DNA of 61,302 nt, filler included, from Sphacelaria rigidula (Eukaryota): the NCBI GenBank assembly GCA_964200075.2. It is 9 parts of 9 records of this genome, joined end to end, with 100 filler letters (N's around TTAATTAATTAA, not from the genome) between each part and the next. Parts side by side here need not be neighbours in the genome. Positions count along the whole stretch, not along the records: positions 20,470 to 27,192 come from CAXNAA020018411.1; positions 27,293 to 34,014 come from CAXNAA020018412.1; positions 34,115 to 40,836 come from CAXNAA020018413.1; 6 more parts are not named here. The stretch is one strand, 5' to 3'. The notes below the pieces were generated by a model. That model ran no database searches. It was not told the origin of the DNA and saw only the letters and a list, made by a program, of their open reading frames with translations. The position numbers and the translations under genes were made by a program. Within the stretch, counting starts at the first letter, position 1, and the number at the start of each line of letters is the position of its first letter. This document shows, piece by piece, positions 23,601 to 35,441 of the stretch.

Positions 23601-25953
23601 CACGATCACACCAACCACCACCCACGCCAATGACCATTTTTTCAACCACCATTTCATAAACCGCAAGATTTCTGGGCGTGTAACCAAATTCACCTGTCGG
23701 TACGGGTCAGGTTGGAATGCGCCTCCTGTCGATCGACGGCTGGGACCTTCCGTGCGCGCTGCCGACTCCCACCGGTGGTAAGACCCTTCCTTCCTGTCTG
23801 AAGAAGTGCCGGGAGACACTCGCCGAGTTCGACTTCGTGGGAAAGGCAGTGCACATCTTGGAGGTGGCCAACCCCGTCCATGTAGTCACCGACAAAAACA
23901 GGTCAGAGAGAAACTGGGTTTGGCGATAAAACCTGTGTGTGCTCTTCTTGGGTCCAGAAAGGCATGCGTTGACGCAAAAACGTAGATTCGGAAATGTTGA
24001 GATTAGGACGATACCTTGAGTCGAACGCAACTAATAGAGACCATTGGGAGTGTGTCTGTGAAGAATTCACTGTATTTCTTTTTTAGCGCAATACATACTG
24101 TACCCGTCTGCTGGAATTTGAAGGCTACGGCACGTGACTGGATGGGGAGAAAGCTGAAGACCTGCAAAGCAGCAACCTTCCCTCATGCCGTGCGAATTTC
24201 TTCGGAAGGAAAGCACGCGCACCATCCTGAACAATTGAACCTGCAAGCAGCAACATTATTTGACTACCCTTGGGAATGCTCCACGATAGTCTCCTCCTCT
24301 CTTGATAGACGTCACGGTGCGGCACACAGTCCCATACATGTGGAGAATACCGCATGTCGCTGTGCTTCGTCATCGCCCTCCTTCACACACGAGAACCGAT
24401 CACGGCGCCAAGGAAGGGCTCGCTGATGATCCCATTGCGTCCGTCCGCGCATTTTTCTCTTCAAACGTGCAAAGGTGGTTAGACATGAACATCAACGGCG
24501 ATGCGGTGTCGGTGGCGGTGCCCAAGGGTGTCTACTACTCAAGAGGGGAATTTTACGCCGCCCTGCAAGAGGCAGGCAGGGACCAGCACCCGAAGATACT
24601 ATCGTGCTTTGGCATAAGATACACCAAGGCGGTTCCCTTCGTGAGTGTAAATAATAGTCTACCCCTAGTTCGCGACAAGGAGTGTTGAATAAATATGGTA
24701 GCAGACGTTTTCTCACCCGAGACAACAATAGGCTGGAGCCCCATGTTGCTGTGGTGTATCCTTGTTTGTCTTACGCTCGTCACAATTCTAGCCCCTTTCC
24801 TTCCTCGGGATGTCTGCGTGGTCTCAAGAGATCAACCGACCGCTCTCTTCTCAGGTACATGGCTCATGATCGCCGATGGGATCACCACTTCATTACCGTG
24901 TCGACTCTCGTCGAACAAAGTTTCTCTGCCACCCACGCGCTCGAAGTTTTGCCGACGGAAATTAGGCACTCCTTAGGAATGAGAAACAAATGGATCTGCC
25001 GTTGTTCAAACCCGTATCTAGCCAATCCAACTGGACTCAACTGTACCAGTTAGAACAGCGGATCGCGGCGGCTCGTCACTATGCGCAACATCATCTTCCA
25101 ATAACCAGAGTTGTGAAGAAACGTTTAGCGCTGAATTGACCCCCCTCTGCAACCGTGTGAGCCCCGACGGGAGGTCGCTGGAGCGTCTAGCTGCGTGAAG
25201 AATCAGGAATAATGGACGTTTTGTCACGTTGGTTGCAGATAGCATCGATACATATCGTCAACTTCGCGACTGCCGTGTGCTTTTTCGGTCAGTTGAGTGT
25301 GGCCCTCTAGCGTCACCATCCATACGATTGCGCGCTCTTGTTTTGTTGGAAGGTCGTGCTGTCGGCAGGCGGGCATCCGCTCAAGCTCCTGTGGGCATCG
25401 GGGGAACACGCGTCTAGGTCCTGCAAAAGGCTGATCTGCTTCAAGGGAGAAGAGGTATCTACTCCCTGGCTGCCGCTCGTGACAAAATATGGAAGAAGAG
25501 TACCGACATTTCAAAGAGACGAAATGCCAGAGTGCGGCACTGCAGATCAGAATGATTGACATTGGTGGAATGAGAAGACATGAGCAGTGGCAGATTGATC
25601 TAAAATCGGTTCACTCGTACAAACAGCCTACACGACACAGCATGATAGGGATGTACCATGAAGTGCCTTCCCTGTGTGTAGAAGTACTCCTCGTACACAT
25701 GAACGGCTCTTTCGCGCGATTTTGTTGCTTCTTGCCATTAGTGCCAATTAAGAACTCCTGCAGATCGGTTGTAAACGTGTTGATCACCGGCTCTTGTCTT
25801 CCAGAAAACGCGATGTTCTAAGCGCCCTAGTGTCATAAGCGTCTCCTCTTCCGTGTTTGTGCGTGAATGGAAAAGGATTCAGAGGAACACGTATTGCACA
25901 CATCTGGGCGATGGGACGACATCTTGCTGAAACACACCGAAGAACAACTAAAT
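20698..25953 (+). CDS. Partial multi-exon gene: EF-hand + PDZ + beta-rich domain (no start or stop within the contig)
   Basis: Phase-consistent GT-AG exons 21599-21680, 21950-22046, 22337-22483, 23711-23901, 24475-24640, 25353-25454, 25876-~25953, plus less certain 20698-20841 and 20944-20980. They splice into one open frame. The PDZ domain is only formed when 22337-22483 is joined to 23711-23901. Confidence 0.8.
21225..21298 (-). mobile_element. 3' end of a non-LTR retroelement family with (AATC)n tail
   Basis: GGCTGGATCCCTG..GTCAGTTAA.GTGCGACAATCAATCAATC. Related copies at 26295-26362 (+), ~38800-38845 (-), ~40215-40380 (-) and ~40455-40535 (-). Confidence 0.65.
21599..21680 (+). CDS. Exon of EF-hand/PDZ gene (SSVFYSVIANRRQASKKGGMTGGAHLE)
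   Basis: TTGCTTGCGCAG acceptor, GA|GTAGGT donor. Phase 2 matches the next exon. Confidence 0.65.
21950..22046 (+). CDS. Exon encoding an EF-hand-like motif
   Basis: SDRRSAFSIFEHLDVDEDMQLSPWELARFLPA (loop D-x-D-x-D-x-x-L-S-x-x-E). CACCAG acceptor, GTAAGT donor. Confidence 0.8.
22337..22483 (+). CDS. Exon encoding the N-terminal half of a PDZ domain
   Basis: TVGCTNETRVELTFYCQGLGLYVEEDEEEIVAVAGWDEGSPAAENPSLM (GLGL loop, GSPAA). 147 nt, TGTAG acceptor, GTGGGT donor. Confidence 0.8.
23711..23901 (+). CDS. Exon encoding the C-terminal half of the PDZ domain
   Basis: VGMRLLSIDGWDL...CRETLAEFDFVGKAVHILEVANPVHVVTDKN. TCAG acceptor, AG|GTCAGA donor. Confidence 0.8.
24475..24640 (+). CDS. Exon of post-PDZ beta-rich domain
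   Basis: (R)WLDMNINGDAVSVAVPKGVYYSRGEFYAALQEAGRDQHPKILSCFGIRYTKAVPF. Phase 2 start, GTGAGT donor. Confidence 0.8.
25353..25454 (+). CDS. Exon of post-PDZ domain
   Basis: VVLSAGGHPLKLLWASGEHASRSCKRLICFKGEE. 102 nt, GAG|GTATCT donor. Confidence 0.7.
25876..25953 (+). CDS. Probable further exon (DSEEHVLHTSGRWDDILLKHTEEQLN)
   Basis: AAAAG acceptor after a pyrimidine-rich tract. The donor is either GTCAGG (25954) or GTGAGA (25965). Confidence 0.5.
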
Positions 25954-26984
25954 GTCAGGCCGGGGTGAGAACTATCCAGGGTATGTCACATGCTGTCGTG
26001 TGACGCACTTCATATCGCTCGAGTTTGGATGCATTTATCATTTCTGTGTGTGTTGTTTTCTCACGCTGACTAGTTGCTTTATCGCTGAGAACGTTATATT
26101 TGATTGTCGACCCCCGGGCCAGCTAAATTGTTTAGAATACAAAGCCTGCAAATAGAAAGTTTCGGACAACGTTTTTTTTTCTCGTCATTTTAGAGTCCAA
26201 ATATCAAAGGGCGGTTCTCAGAGTGTCGCTGAGAACGTTCGCTTTTTTGTCATTTCAGAGTGTCGCTGAGAACGTGCTCTAACGCTTTTGACCTGTGACC
26301 ACGGCTGGATCCCTGCGGATCAGTTAAAGTGCGACAATCGAACAATGAGTAAATCAATCAATTGCACGCAGTATCAAGGCGTTGTCAACAGCTTGATGCC
26401 ATGCATGAGTGGCACTACGGTAGGGGTGCGCAAAATGTTTCTGGGGCTCTTCACGTGAGGAGCCTCTCAAAGAGAGATATCTGGCCTTCAGTTTGCAACC
26501 TCAGAGAACCTTTAGCCTAAAAAGTGCACCCCTATTGTACCGTAGCATTACTCGCATCGAAGATCTGCCTCCGCGGGATCGTGAGCAAATACCACCACTG
26601 TTGGGTTGGTCTTGTCGAAAACCTGTGCAGTGTTTCCTTCCGCGGAGGTACAGGTATCTCTACACACGCGTGTATTCCAAATGATGGCACCTGTTGTACT
26701 TTCGGTGCTCCGTTCGGTCGTCTGCCAACCGCGGTCCAGGAGAAGCTTTCAACGCTTTCATCGTAGTCCCCCGCATTTCAGCGCCGGTGACGTGTCATGT
26801 CTTTGTCTTGTCCAGAGCTGTCCGTTACACATATTTGACGTGACACATCGAAATAGAACCACAGAAAATGCCTTGCAGAGATACTTGTTTTCACGGATGC
26901 ACGTGCTTGTCGATTCGTGCCGCCCAGTGTACTGTCCATTTCAACGCAATTCTAATTATCCCCTCCCCCTCCTTCCCCCAGCCC

Positions 26985-27150
26985 CGTCTCGAACGGGATG
27001 CGTGGTCAATGGTCAAACGAATTAGGCAAGCAACAAATGAATACGCCCCCCCCCCTCAATGGTCTGTGCTCCGTCTCGAAAGGGATGCGTGGTCAATGGT
27101 CAAATGACTACGGGAAGCAACAAATGAGTACGCCCCCCCCCCCCCCCCCG
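26985..27150 (+). repeat. Two tandem copies of a dispersed repeat end (also 34175-34240, minus strand)
   Basis: GTCTCGAA(C/A)GGGATGCGTGGTCAATGGTCAAA...GCAACAAATGA(A/G)TACGCCCCCCCC twice. Confidence 0.8.
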
Positions 27151-27309
27151 CCCATGCCTCGTCTCCCCTCCGACGGCCAGCCCAGCCACACCNNNNNNNN
27201 NNNNNNNNNNNNNNNNNNNNNNNNNNNNNNNNNNNNTTAATTAATTAANNNNNNNNNNNNNNNNNNNNNNNNNNNNNNNNNNNNNNNNNNNNGCTCATTA
27301 CCCCCCCTT

Positions 27310-29668
27310 TCCTGCAGACCTCCTGGCCGTTGTAGCCATTCGTTGTCCGTACGATGCGACGAGAGCGGCGGCAGGGGCAGACGAGGAATGGCTGCAACGC
27401 CCAGAAGTTCTGCAAGAAAGCGGGGCTGATGGACATGATAGAATGATACCTACTGGCGGAAGCGGGAGCGGAAGTGATCAGACCTGATCACTTCCGCTCC
27501 CGCTTCCGCCAGTAGGTATCATCCTATCATGTCCATCAGCCCCGCTTCATTGCAGAACTTCTGGGGGTTGCAGCCATTCCTTGTCCGTACAATGCGACAA
27601 GAGCGGCGGCAGGGGCAGACGAGGAATGGCTGCAAAGCCCAGAAGTTCTGCAAGAAAGCGTAGCTGATGGACACGATAGAATGATACCTACTGGCGGTAG
27701 CGGGAGCGGAAGTGATCAGACCTGATCACTTCCGCTCCCGCTCCCGCCAGAAGGTATCATTCCATCATGTCCATTAGCCCCGCTTTCTTGCAGAACTTCT
27801 GGGCGTCGCAGCCATTCCTTCTCCGCACAATGCGACAAGAGGGGCGGCAGGGGCAGACGAGGAATGGCTGCAAAGCCCAGAAGTTCTGCAAGAAAGCAGG
27901 GCTGTTGGGCGTGGTAAAATGATATCTCCTGGCGGGAGCGGGAGCGGAAGTGATCAGACCTGATTACTTCCGCTTCCGCTTCCGCCAGTAGGTATCATTC
28001 TATCATGTCCATCAGCCCCGCTTTCTCGCAGAACTTCTGAGCGTTGCAGTCATTCCTTTTCCGCGCAATGCGACAAGAGCGGCGGCAAGGGCGGACGAGG
28101 AATGGCTCCAACGCCCAGAAGTTCTGCAAGAAAGTGGGGCTAATGGACATGATAGAATGATACCTACTGGCGGGAGCAGACCGGAAGTAATCAGGTCTGA
28201 TCACTTCCGCTCCCGCTTCCGCCAGTAGGTATCATTCTATCATGTCCATTAGCCCCGCTTTCTTGCAGAACTTCTGGGCGATGCAGCCATTCCTTGTCCG
28301 TACAATGCGACAAGAGCCGCGGCAGAGGCAAAAGAGGAATGGCTGCAACGCCCAGAAGTTCTGCAAGAAAGCGGAGGTAATGGACATGATAGAATGATAC
28401 CTACTGGCGGAAGCGGGAGAGGAAGTGATCAGACCTGATCACTTCCGCTCCCGCTTTCGCCAGTAGGTACGTTTCACCACGCCCACCAGCCCCGCTTTCT
28501 TGCAGAACTTCTGGGCGTTGTAGCCATTCCTTGCCCGCACAGTGCGACAAGAGCGGCGGCAGGGGCAGACGAGGAATGGCTGCAACGCCCAGAAGTTCTG
28601 CAAGAAAGCGGGGCTAATGGACATAGGAGAATGAAATCTACTGGTGGAAGCGGGAGCGGAAGTGATCAGACCTGATTACTTCCGCTCCCGCTTCCGCCAG
28701 TAGGTATTCTTCACCACGCCTACCAGCCCCGCTTTCTTGCAGAACTTCTGGGCGTTGCAGCCATTCCTTGCCCGCACAATGCGACGAGAGCGGCGACACG
28801 GGCGGACGAGGAATGGCTGCATCGCCCAGAAGTTCTGCAAGAAAGCGGGGCTAATGGACATGATAGAATGATACCTCCTGGCGGGAGCGGGAGCGGAAGT
28901 AATCAGACCTGATCACTTCCGCTCCTGCTTCCGCCAGTAGGTATCATTTTATCATGTCCATCAGCCCCGCTTTCTTGCAGAACTTCTGGGCGTTGCAGCC
29001 ATTTCTTGCCCGCACAATGCGACAAGAGCGGCGGCAGCGGCAGACGAGGAATGGCTGCAACGCCCAGAAGTTCTGCAAGAAAACGGGGCTAATGGACATA
29101 ATAGAATGATACCTACTGGCGGAAGCGGGAGCGGAAGTGATCAGACCTGATCACTCTCGCTCCCGCTTCCGCCAGTAGGTACGTTCCACCACGCCTACCA
29201 GCTCTGCTGCCTTGCAGAACTTCTGGGCGTTGCAGCCATTCCTTGTTCCCACAATACGACAAGAGCGGCGGTAGGGGCAGACGAGGAATGGCTGCAACGC
29301 CCAGAAGTTCTGCAAGAAAGCAGGGCTAATGGACATGATAGAATGATACCCACTGGCGGAAGCGGGAGCGGAAGTGATCAGACCCGCCAGTAGGTATTTT
29401 TTACCACGCCCACCAGCCCCGCTTTCGTGCAGAACTTCTGGGCGTTGCAGCCATTCCTTGTCCGTACCATGCGACAAGAGCAGAGGCAGGGGCAGACAAG
29501 GAATGGCTGCAACGCCCAGAAGTTCTGCAAGAAAGCGGGAGCGGGATTGATCAGGTCTGATTACTTCCGCTCCCGCTTCCGCCAGTAGGTATTTTTTACC
29601 ACGCCCACCAGCCCCGCTTTCTCATAGGATTCCTGAGCTTTGCAGTCATTCCTTGCCCGCACGATGCG
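27310..29668. repeat. Tandem array (~10 units, 237-238 bp period) of long palindromes
   Basis: AGGAATGGCT(G/C)C starts at 27384, 27622, 27860, 28098, 28335, 28572, 28809, 29047, 29284, 29499. Each unit is a ~98-102-bp arm + 2-nt loop + reverse-complement arm + ~35-bp linker. Confidence 0.97.
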
Positions 29669-30235
29669 TTCGTTTTAGTCATACACATGGCAGCGCATCG
29701 CAGCATATAATAGTACCATCGCCGCAGGGTACGGCGTCAGCCCTCATTACCCGCTCGCCAAGCCCCGTGCGAAGCTGCTTCAGCAGCTAGGGCGGGCAGT
29801 AGGCACGCCCTGTGCTGTCACGAGACTGTCTTGCTGCCGTTTCAAAAACATCAAACGGCTCGTACTGTAGCATTGCACGTCAATGCACGTACGTCACCTA
29901 AAAAAAATAGAGGGGAGTCACGATCTCGGAACGATTTCTGGGGGAAAACGTTCTGAGATCGTGACTCCCCGATTTTTCCGTCCCCGATTCGGTCCAAATC
30001 CGTGTCCATAAAATGCGTTACCCGATTTTTTGTTCCCCCGGTGCTCGAGAAAATCTATATTCGAACCTGCCGTAAAATGGGGTATCACTCACTCAGCTCC
30101 GTGTCCTCAATTATACTCTTCTAAGTTTGAGTATTGCTTGGGTGCCCTCTAATAGACGATGTAGATCATCTACCTGTGCCCGAGCTAACGAATAAGCTGC
30201 TGTTGGTGAACAGCTGGAAGGCGTGCCGTATTTGG

Positions 30236-30643
30236 TGTGTATGTGTTGCGGGCGGCACGTGCAGGTGTGGTTGAGTGGTGTTAAATTACGTATCGAAGGT
30301 TTTTACAAATTCGATTTTTTTCTACGCACCAGTCAAGCGAGCAGTACCAGTCAAGATGACACAAACGTTCACACTCACACACACGTACGTCCACACGCGC
30401 ACACACGCAACGCGCACGCAACCATCGCGGTGAGCTCTGGTGTGTGTGTGTTGTGGGCGGCACGTGCAGGTGTGGTTGAGTGCTGTTTAATAACGTATCG
30501 AAGGTTTTTACACATTCGAATTTTTTCTACGCACCAGTCAAGCGAGCAGTACCAGCGCAAGATGACACAAACATTCACACTCACACACACGTATGCCCAC
30601 ACGCGCACACACGCAACGCGCACGCAACCATCGCGGTGATCTC
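30236..30643. repeat. 205-bp tandem duplication with CA/GT-rich ends
   Basis: GGCGGCACGTGCAGGTGTGGTTGAGTG at 30251 and 30456. Confidence 0.9.
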
Positions 30644-33600
30644 GTTCCCCTCCGAAAACCCTGCCGATCAAGCAGGAGCTCCTGGTGTTGAGAGTGGGGG
30701 AGAGGGGATAGTGCTCGGTCAGGTCTTGCGCTTGAATGTGTAGGCAAGAAACTCCCAACCCGTCTGCTCAACCATGAAGCCAGGGTCGCGGTCATCTACA
30801 CGCCCATACTACAGTCATTTTCCAAAACCTGGCAGAATTTTCGGAAGCCGAATGCTCGGAACAATTAATCAGCATCAGACCCCCTCAAGTGCTATTCATC
30901 ACCACGTTCCACTGTAAGAGATTGCAGAATAAGCATGGTATTTTGGAGCGGAAAGACCCAGACATAACACGCTTTTTTGCAAAAAAAAAAGGGAATATTT
31001 GGGCGAATGCATATAACTTGGGAGATGTGAGATGTGACAACCCCCGTCACCGCGGCCATTTCTGGGAGCCAAGCAAGGCACGTTCTTCGTGTGCAACATC
31101 ATGATGTGAATACACTGCGAGAAAGTGGTGTGTGGTCGGCGACCGCCACCATATTACTGCGGTGTTCGTGACCAAGTACTCTTCGGCTACGTCGAGAGAC
31201 TCGTGGTCCCTGTCGGGGCAGTACTCGATGCGTCTTCAGCACGATTCCGTGATGAACTGGACACGGTATGAATACACGTGTTTCTTCTGGTACAGTCAGT
31301 GCAGGTATTCAGACGAGGTTGTCATTGCTCTCGACTGCACAGAATCCACACTGCGCTACTCGGTGCACAGCGTATAGTTTCAATTCGCACACACGAGGGA
31401 GGCATGCCAACCACCATCATTGAACTAACCGTGCTCGAAGCCTTCCACGACAGTTGCTCCGTCATGATCATCGCTTTCTGAGTTTGAGGTAACGGTGGGG
31501 TCGCAACGGGTACCGGTGCGCTCGAAGGGATATGTCTTCGCCCTCCATTTCAAGTGAGTTCATTTCGCTAGGTGGTGTTGCGAATAGGTATTGCCTACTC
31601 TGTGCTGGGTGTTTGGACGTGGAGGATGCGACCGAAATCATCACGAGGAGCAACATAATGAGCACAGCCGTTTCGCCTCACATAGCTTTTGCTTGTAAGT
31701 CCAAGCTATCACAGCCTCGTACAATATCCACGGTGCCGTGCGTTTTTGCTTCATGTTGCCGGCAAGGCAGTGATCACGCCATTTTTTCTTCTTTTTTTTG
31801 TCACACTGTGAACCCGCTCTCTTCCTTGGGACGGGTCCATGGTCTCAAGGGATACAATCCATCTGTCCCGAGGTGTGGTACACACCTTGCACTTTGGTTT
31901 CGCGGACGGGGGGGTCAGCACTCACGCATCACTTCAACTCTCGTCAAACAAACTCAGCCAACCACTTTTTATTTAGCCACGCACTCATTTGCGTACCTTT
32001 CCACCATCCGTTCCTTCCTGCTTGAAAGTTCGCACACTATCGTACAGCCAAGTGTCGGGTACTGACGGGCTGTGTACTGCTTACTACAGCCAAGTCAAGT
32101 ATGCCTTGACGTCGCTTTCGTTGCTGGCGGGGTTGTACAACTTCTGTCGCCTTGTTTCCATCGCAGTGTCGACGTCATGGGCTAGTGACGGTCTCTACAC
32201 TCCGTGGATACATTTCTCATCCTGGTAGATGGCGTATCGAGGGAGGTTTCTGCTTTTAGTGTCAGCGCAGCAGTATCCAGAACGTAGCTGCCTAGGCACA
32301 CCCCGCACGGAAGCTAAGTCAACTGGATACCCAGCTTTTCTCGGCACGTTATCGGGCTCCAACCGAGGTCACTAATTGGCGAGGTTTATTCAACCTCGAC
32401 GAACCTTCCGGAAATATAACGCCAATGGTCCTAAGCTTTTGGGCGTCGGCTCAGTGAGGTGGGAGGTGATATGACACGAGACGGGAGTATCACTCCCTTG
32501 CAACACCAACACCACGGAGCTGGTCTGCGCAGGGGGGGGGGGGGTCAACACCGAACCAAGAGACACTCCGCGTTCCGTCGTCGCACGCAAGCAACCTCAC
32601 TTTATTCCAAGTCGTCGAATATACGTAACCCCCTACACTGTACTGTAATACATATTGATCGTACCCACAGTACGTCATACTCGCCACGTGCGGTAGTTCG
32701 GGCTGACGACATGGGGTCAAGAAAGTTTCGTTCGGCCCGAAAATCTCTCGATAATCGTCATCACCCACGTGAATACAGAGGCGTTCAGAAGTGTATGAAA
32801 AAATTCGAGAGATGACCGGAGCAACACAGTAATGTGACCACCAGAATCACGGCCGGGCAGTATGATCTAGACAAATGTGATCTCACCGTGTACGACCGTT
32901 GTTCATGGGGACCAATCCCGAGTCCAGCGGGACCCCCATCTGTGCCAAATTGGGGGGACTCAAATTCGCTGAGCTCAGATCCGGGTGTACCCTCGTACGG
33001 TTTCACACATCTGTTGAAATAGTTCTGTACACGAAGGGTCATGTTCTACAGGGGAGTGGTATCGCATTCACAGTGAAGCCGAAGAACAGGCAGGAAGTGA
33101 ATCATCCTTCAAGAGCAGCGTCGTACAACGGTACCCTGGGGTATAATGCAGCGCAGTACATTCCACCACCACAGTAAACGATAATGCCGTGAGGTCATAC
33201 ATGATGGTACAGTCAGTATTGCGAGAACAGTGAGCAGTGTGCGAGAAGACTTCAAGAGTGCAGTGTCACTCATCACACTGCAAGTATAGCGACAGAGAGT
33301 AGGGTAGTACAGTACGGTTGGTTGTGATGATACATAAAACAGCGCAGTGAAGCATAGTGCACTTGTATTACAATCGCCGCAGGGTACGACGTCAACACTC
33401 CTCATCCGCTTGCCAAACCCCGTGCGAAGCTACTCCAGCAGCTGGCGCTGGCAGGCACGGCCTTTGCTGTCACGATCCTGTCTGCTGTTGCGGTCGCGAT
33501 AATATCAAACGTCTGTTGCTCTGTCACCGTACGTCAATGTACGGACGTCACTCCCTACAGATTTGGGGGACCTTGATTTTTCCCCGATCTGGGCTCAGAT

Positions 33601-33732
33601 CCGGGGAAAAGCATCCTCAAATCGTGACATATCTGACCTTCCCCGATTTGGGACAAATTGGGGTCCATAATAGGCGTTCCCCAATTCGAGTTCCCCAGAT
33701 CTGCGTAAAGATCGAGATTGGCGAATGCCACA

Positions 33733-33880
33733 AGGGCGTGTCTTGGCACATTGGTTTTCGATCGAAAAGTGCGGTGGAAAACAGAAATTCCCATATGATA
33801 TGTCGTAATTTCAACCATCATCGTTGATTTTGAAGATGGTTGCCGTACAATTTCGATGCAAAACTCATGTGCTAAGGCCG
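33733..33880. mobile_element. Deleted, reversed copy of the Tourist-like MITE at 55480-55665
   Basis: GGCGTGTCTTGGCACAT..TTTTCGATCGAAAAG ... AAAACTCATGTGCTAAG. Confidence 0.65.
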
Positions 33881-34590
33881 CTTCTTATAGACTGAAAGAA
33901 GTATCTGAGAAAAGTCATTTTCGACGACTTTTCTCAGAGACTTTCTCCAGAGAAATCAGCTCTCAGAACCCCACCTCATAGTCCATGAAAAAATCCTGGG
34001 GATTTGTACACCCGNNNNNNNNNNNNNNNNNNNNNNNNNNNNNNNNNNNNNNNNNNNNTTAATTAATTAANNNNNNNNNNNNNNNNNNNNNNNNNNNNNN
34101 NNNNNNNNNNNNNNGTTGGTGTGTTCGTTTGGTTTGCGTTGGGGGGCGCGCCGGGGTCTGGGTGGGTTCCGGGCAACTCATTCGTTGCTTGCCTCAGTCG
34201 TTTGATCATTGACCATGGGCATCCCCTTCGAGACGGATCACCGTTCCCACTTCTAACAGAGCCACCTGCAATATTTCCGTGCCCATTATGTTTTTTCCAT
34301 TCACTACACAAAAACCTCTGACATACCTTGTCCCCTTCCTGATTCGCCGTCTGTAGCCACCATCTATCTTCCAGTATAGCCGACACCAATTCTCAGAGCA
34401 ATTTTTACCAAAGCTCTCAATGCCTCAAATCGTAGTATCAACAACCACCTCGGAAATCTTATGGGAGAGAACACTTTGAAAACGGCTACTATGGGATCCA
34501 ATCGTACCCGAAACCGTAGTATATTGGTGATGTGGGGTTCCGACGTCGCCGGATTTCCACTGATGAGACACCAACCACCCAGAAAGCCTC

Positions 34591-34940
34591 CACAGGCACC
34601 GCGGGTAAGGTAGGTACCCGGTACCGGTATTTGGGATACCTCATATCCTGCCGATACCGCTCCAATCCGGTGTTTTCAAATGTCATACCTACAATACTTG
34701 CGATACCACGGTATTTCGATATTTTGAGACCTACCGTACCCGCCCAATCCGGTATTTTGAAATGTCAAACCTACGATACCTAGGATGCCACGGTATTTCG
34801 AGATTCCAATACCTACCGTACCCGCCCAATCCGGTATTTTCAAAACTCAGACCTACGATACCTACGCATACCACGGTATGGGATACCCCCGTAAATACCG
34901 GGGGTACGCTCGGTACGGTACCTTACCTACGGTGCCTGTG
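34591..34940. mobile_element. hAT-like MITE with internal GGTA/TACC repeats
   Basis: TIR CACAGGCACCG..GGTAAGGTA / TACCTTACCTACGGTGCCTGTG. Flanking 8-mers AAAGCCTC / AAAACTTC match 6/8. Internal ~75-bp repeats. Confidence 0.65.
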
Positions 34941-35009
34941 AAAACTTCGACTACCCAACTTGCACCCAGAATTGAAACGCTTCGCATTGCCAGATGACAG
35001 TTTTGAGTT

Positions 35010-35441
35010 CGGTATAGAGGGTAAGGCAGGTGCCCGGTACCGGTATTCGGGACATCTTATACCCTACTGATATCGACCCAATCCGGCATTTTAAAAACTC
35101 ATACCTATGATACCTACGATACCACGGTATTTCGAGATTTCAATACCTACCGTACCTGCCAAATCCGGTATTTTCAAATGTCGTACCTACGATACCTACG
35201 GTACCAGGGTATTTCGAGATTTTAATACCCACCGTACCCGCCCAGTGCGATATTTTCAAATGTCATACCTACGATACCTACGGTACCAGGGTATTTCAAG
35301 ATTTCAATACCTACCGTACCCGCCCAATTCGGTATTTTCAAATGTCATACCTACGATACCTACGCATACCACGGTATGGGATACCCCGGTAAACACCGGA
35401 GGTACGCTCGGTACGTCGGTACCTCACCTACGGTACTTGTG
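35010..35441. mobile_element. Second, adjacent copy of the 34591-34940 MITE with more internal ~75-bp repeats
   Basis: Same right end (ACCTACGGTACTTGTG) and the same internal unit ATACCTACGATACC..GGTATTTCGAGATTTCAATACCTACCGTACCCGCCCAATCCGGTATTTTCAAATGTC. Confidence 0.65.

Noticed and set aside
27310..29668. CRISPR-like array or repeat-protein gene
   Set aside because: The linkers are near-identical rather than unique spacers, the repeats are far too long, and no cas genes are present. The period alternates 237/238 and frames are interrupted by stops.
31130..31665. Possible secreted-protein gene on the minus strand
   Set aside because: Only a hydrophobic start; frames are broken and no homology is recognisable.
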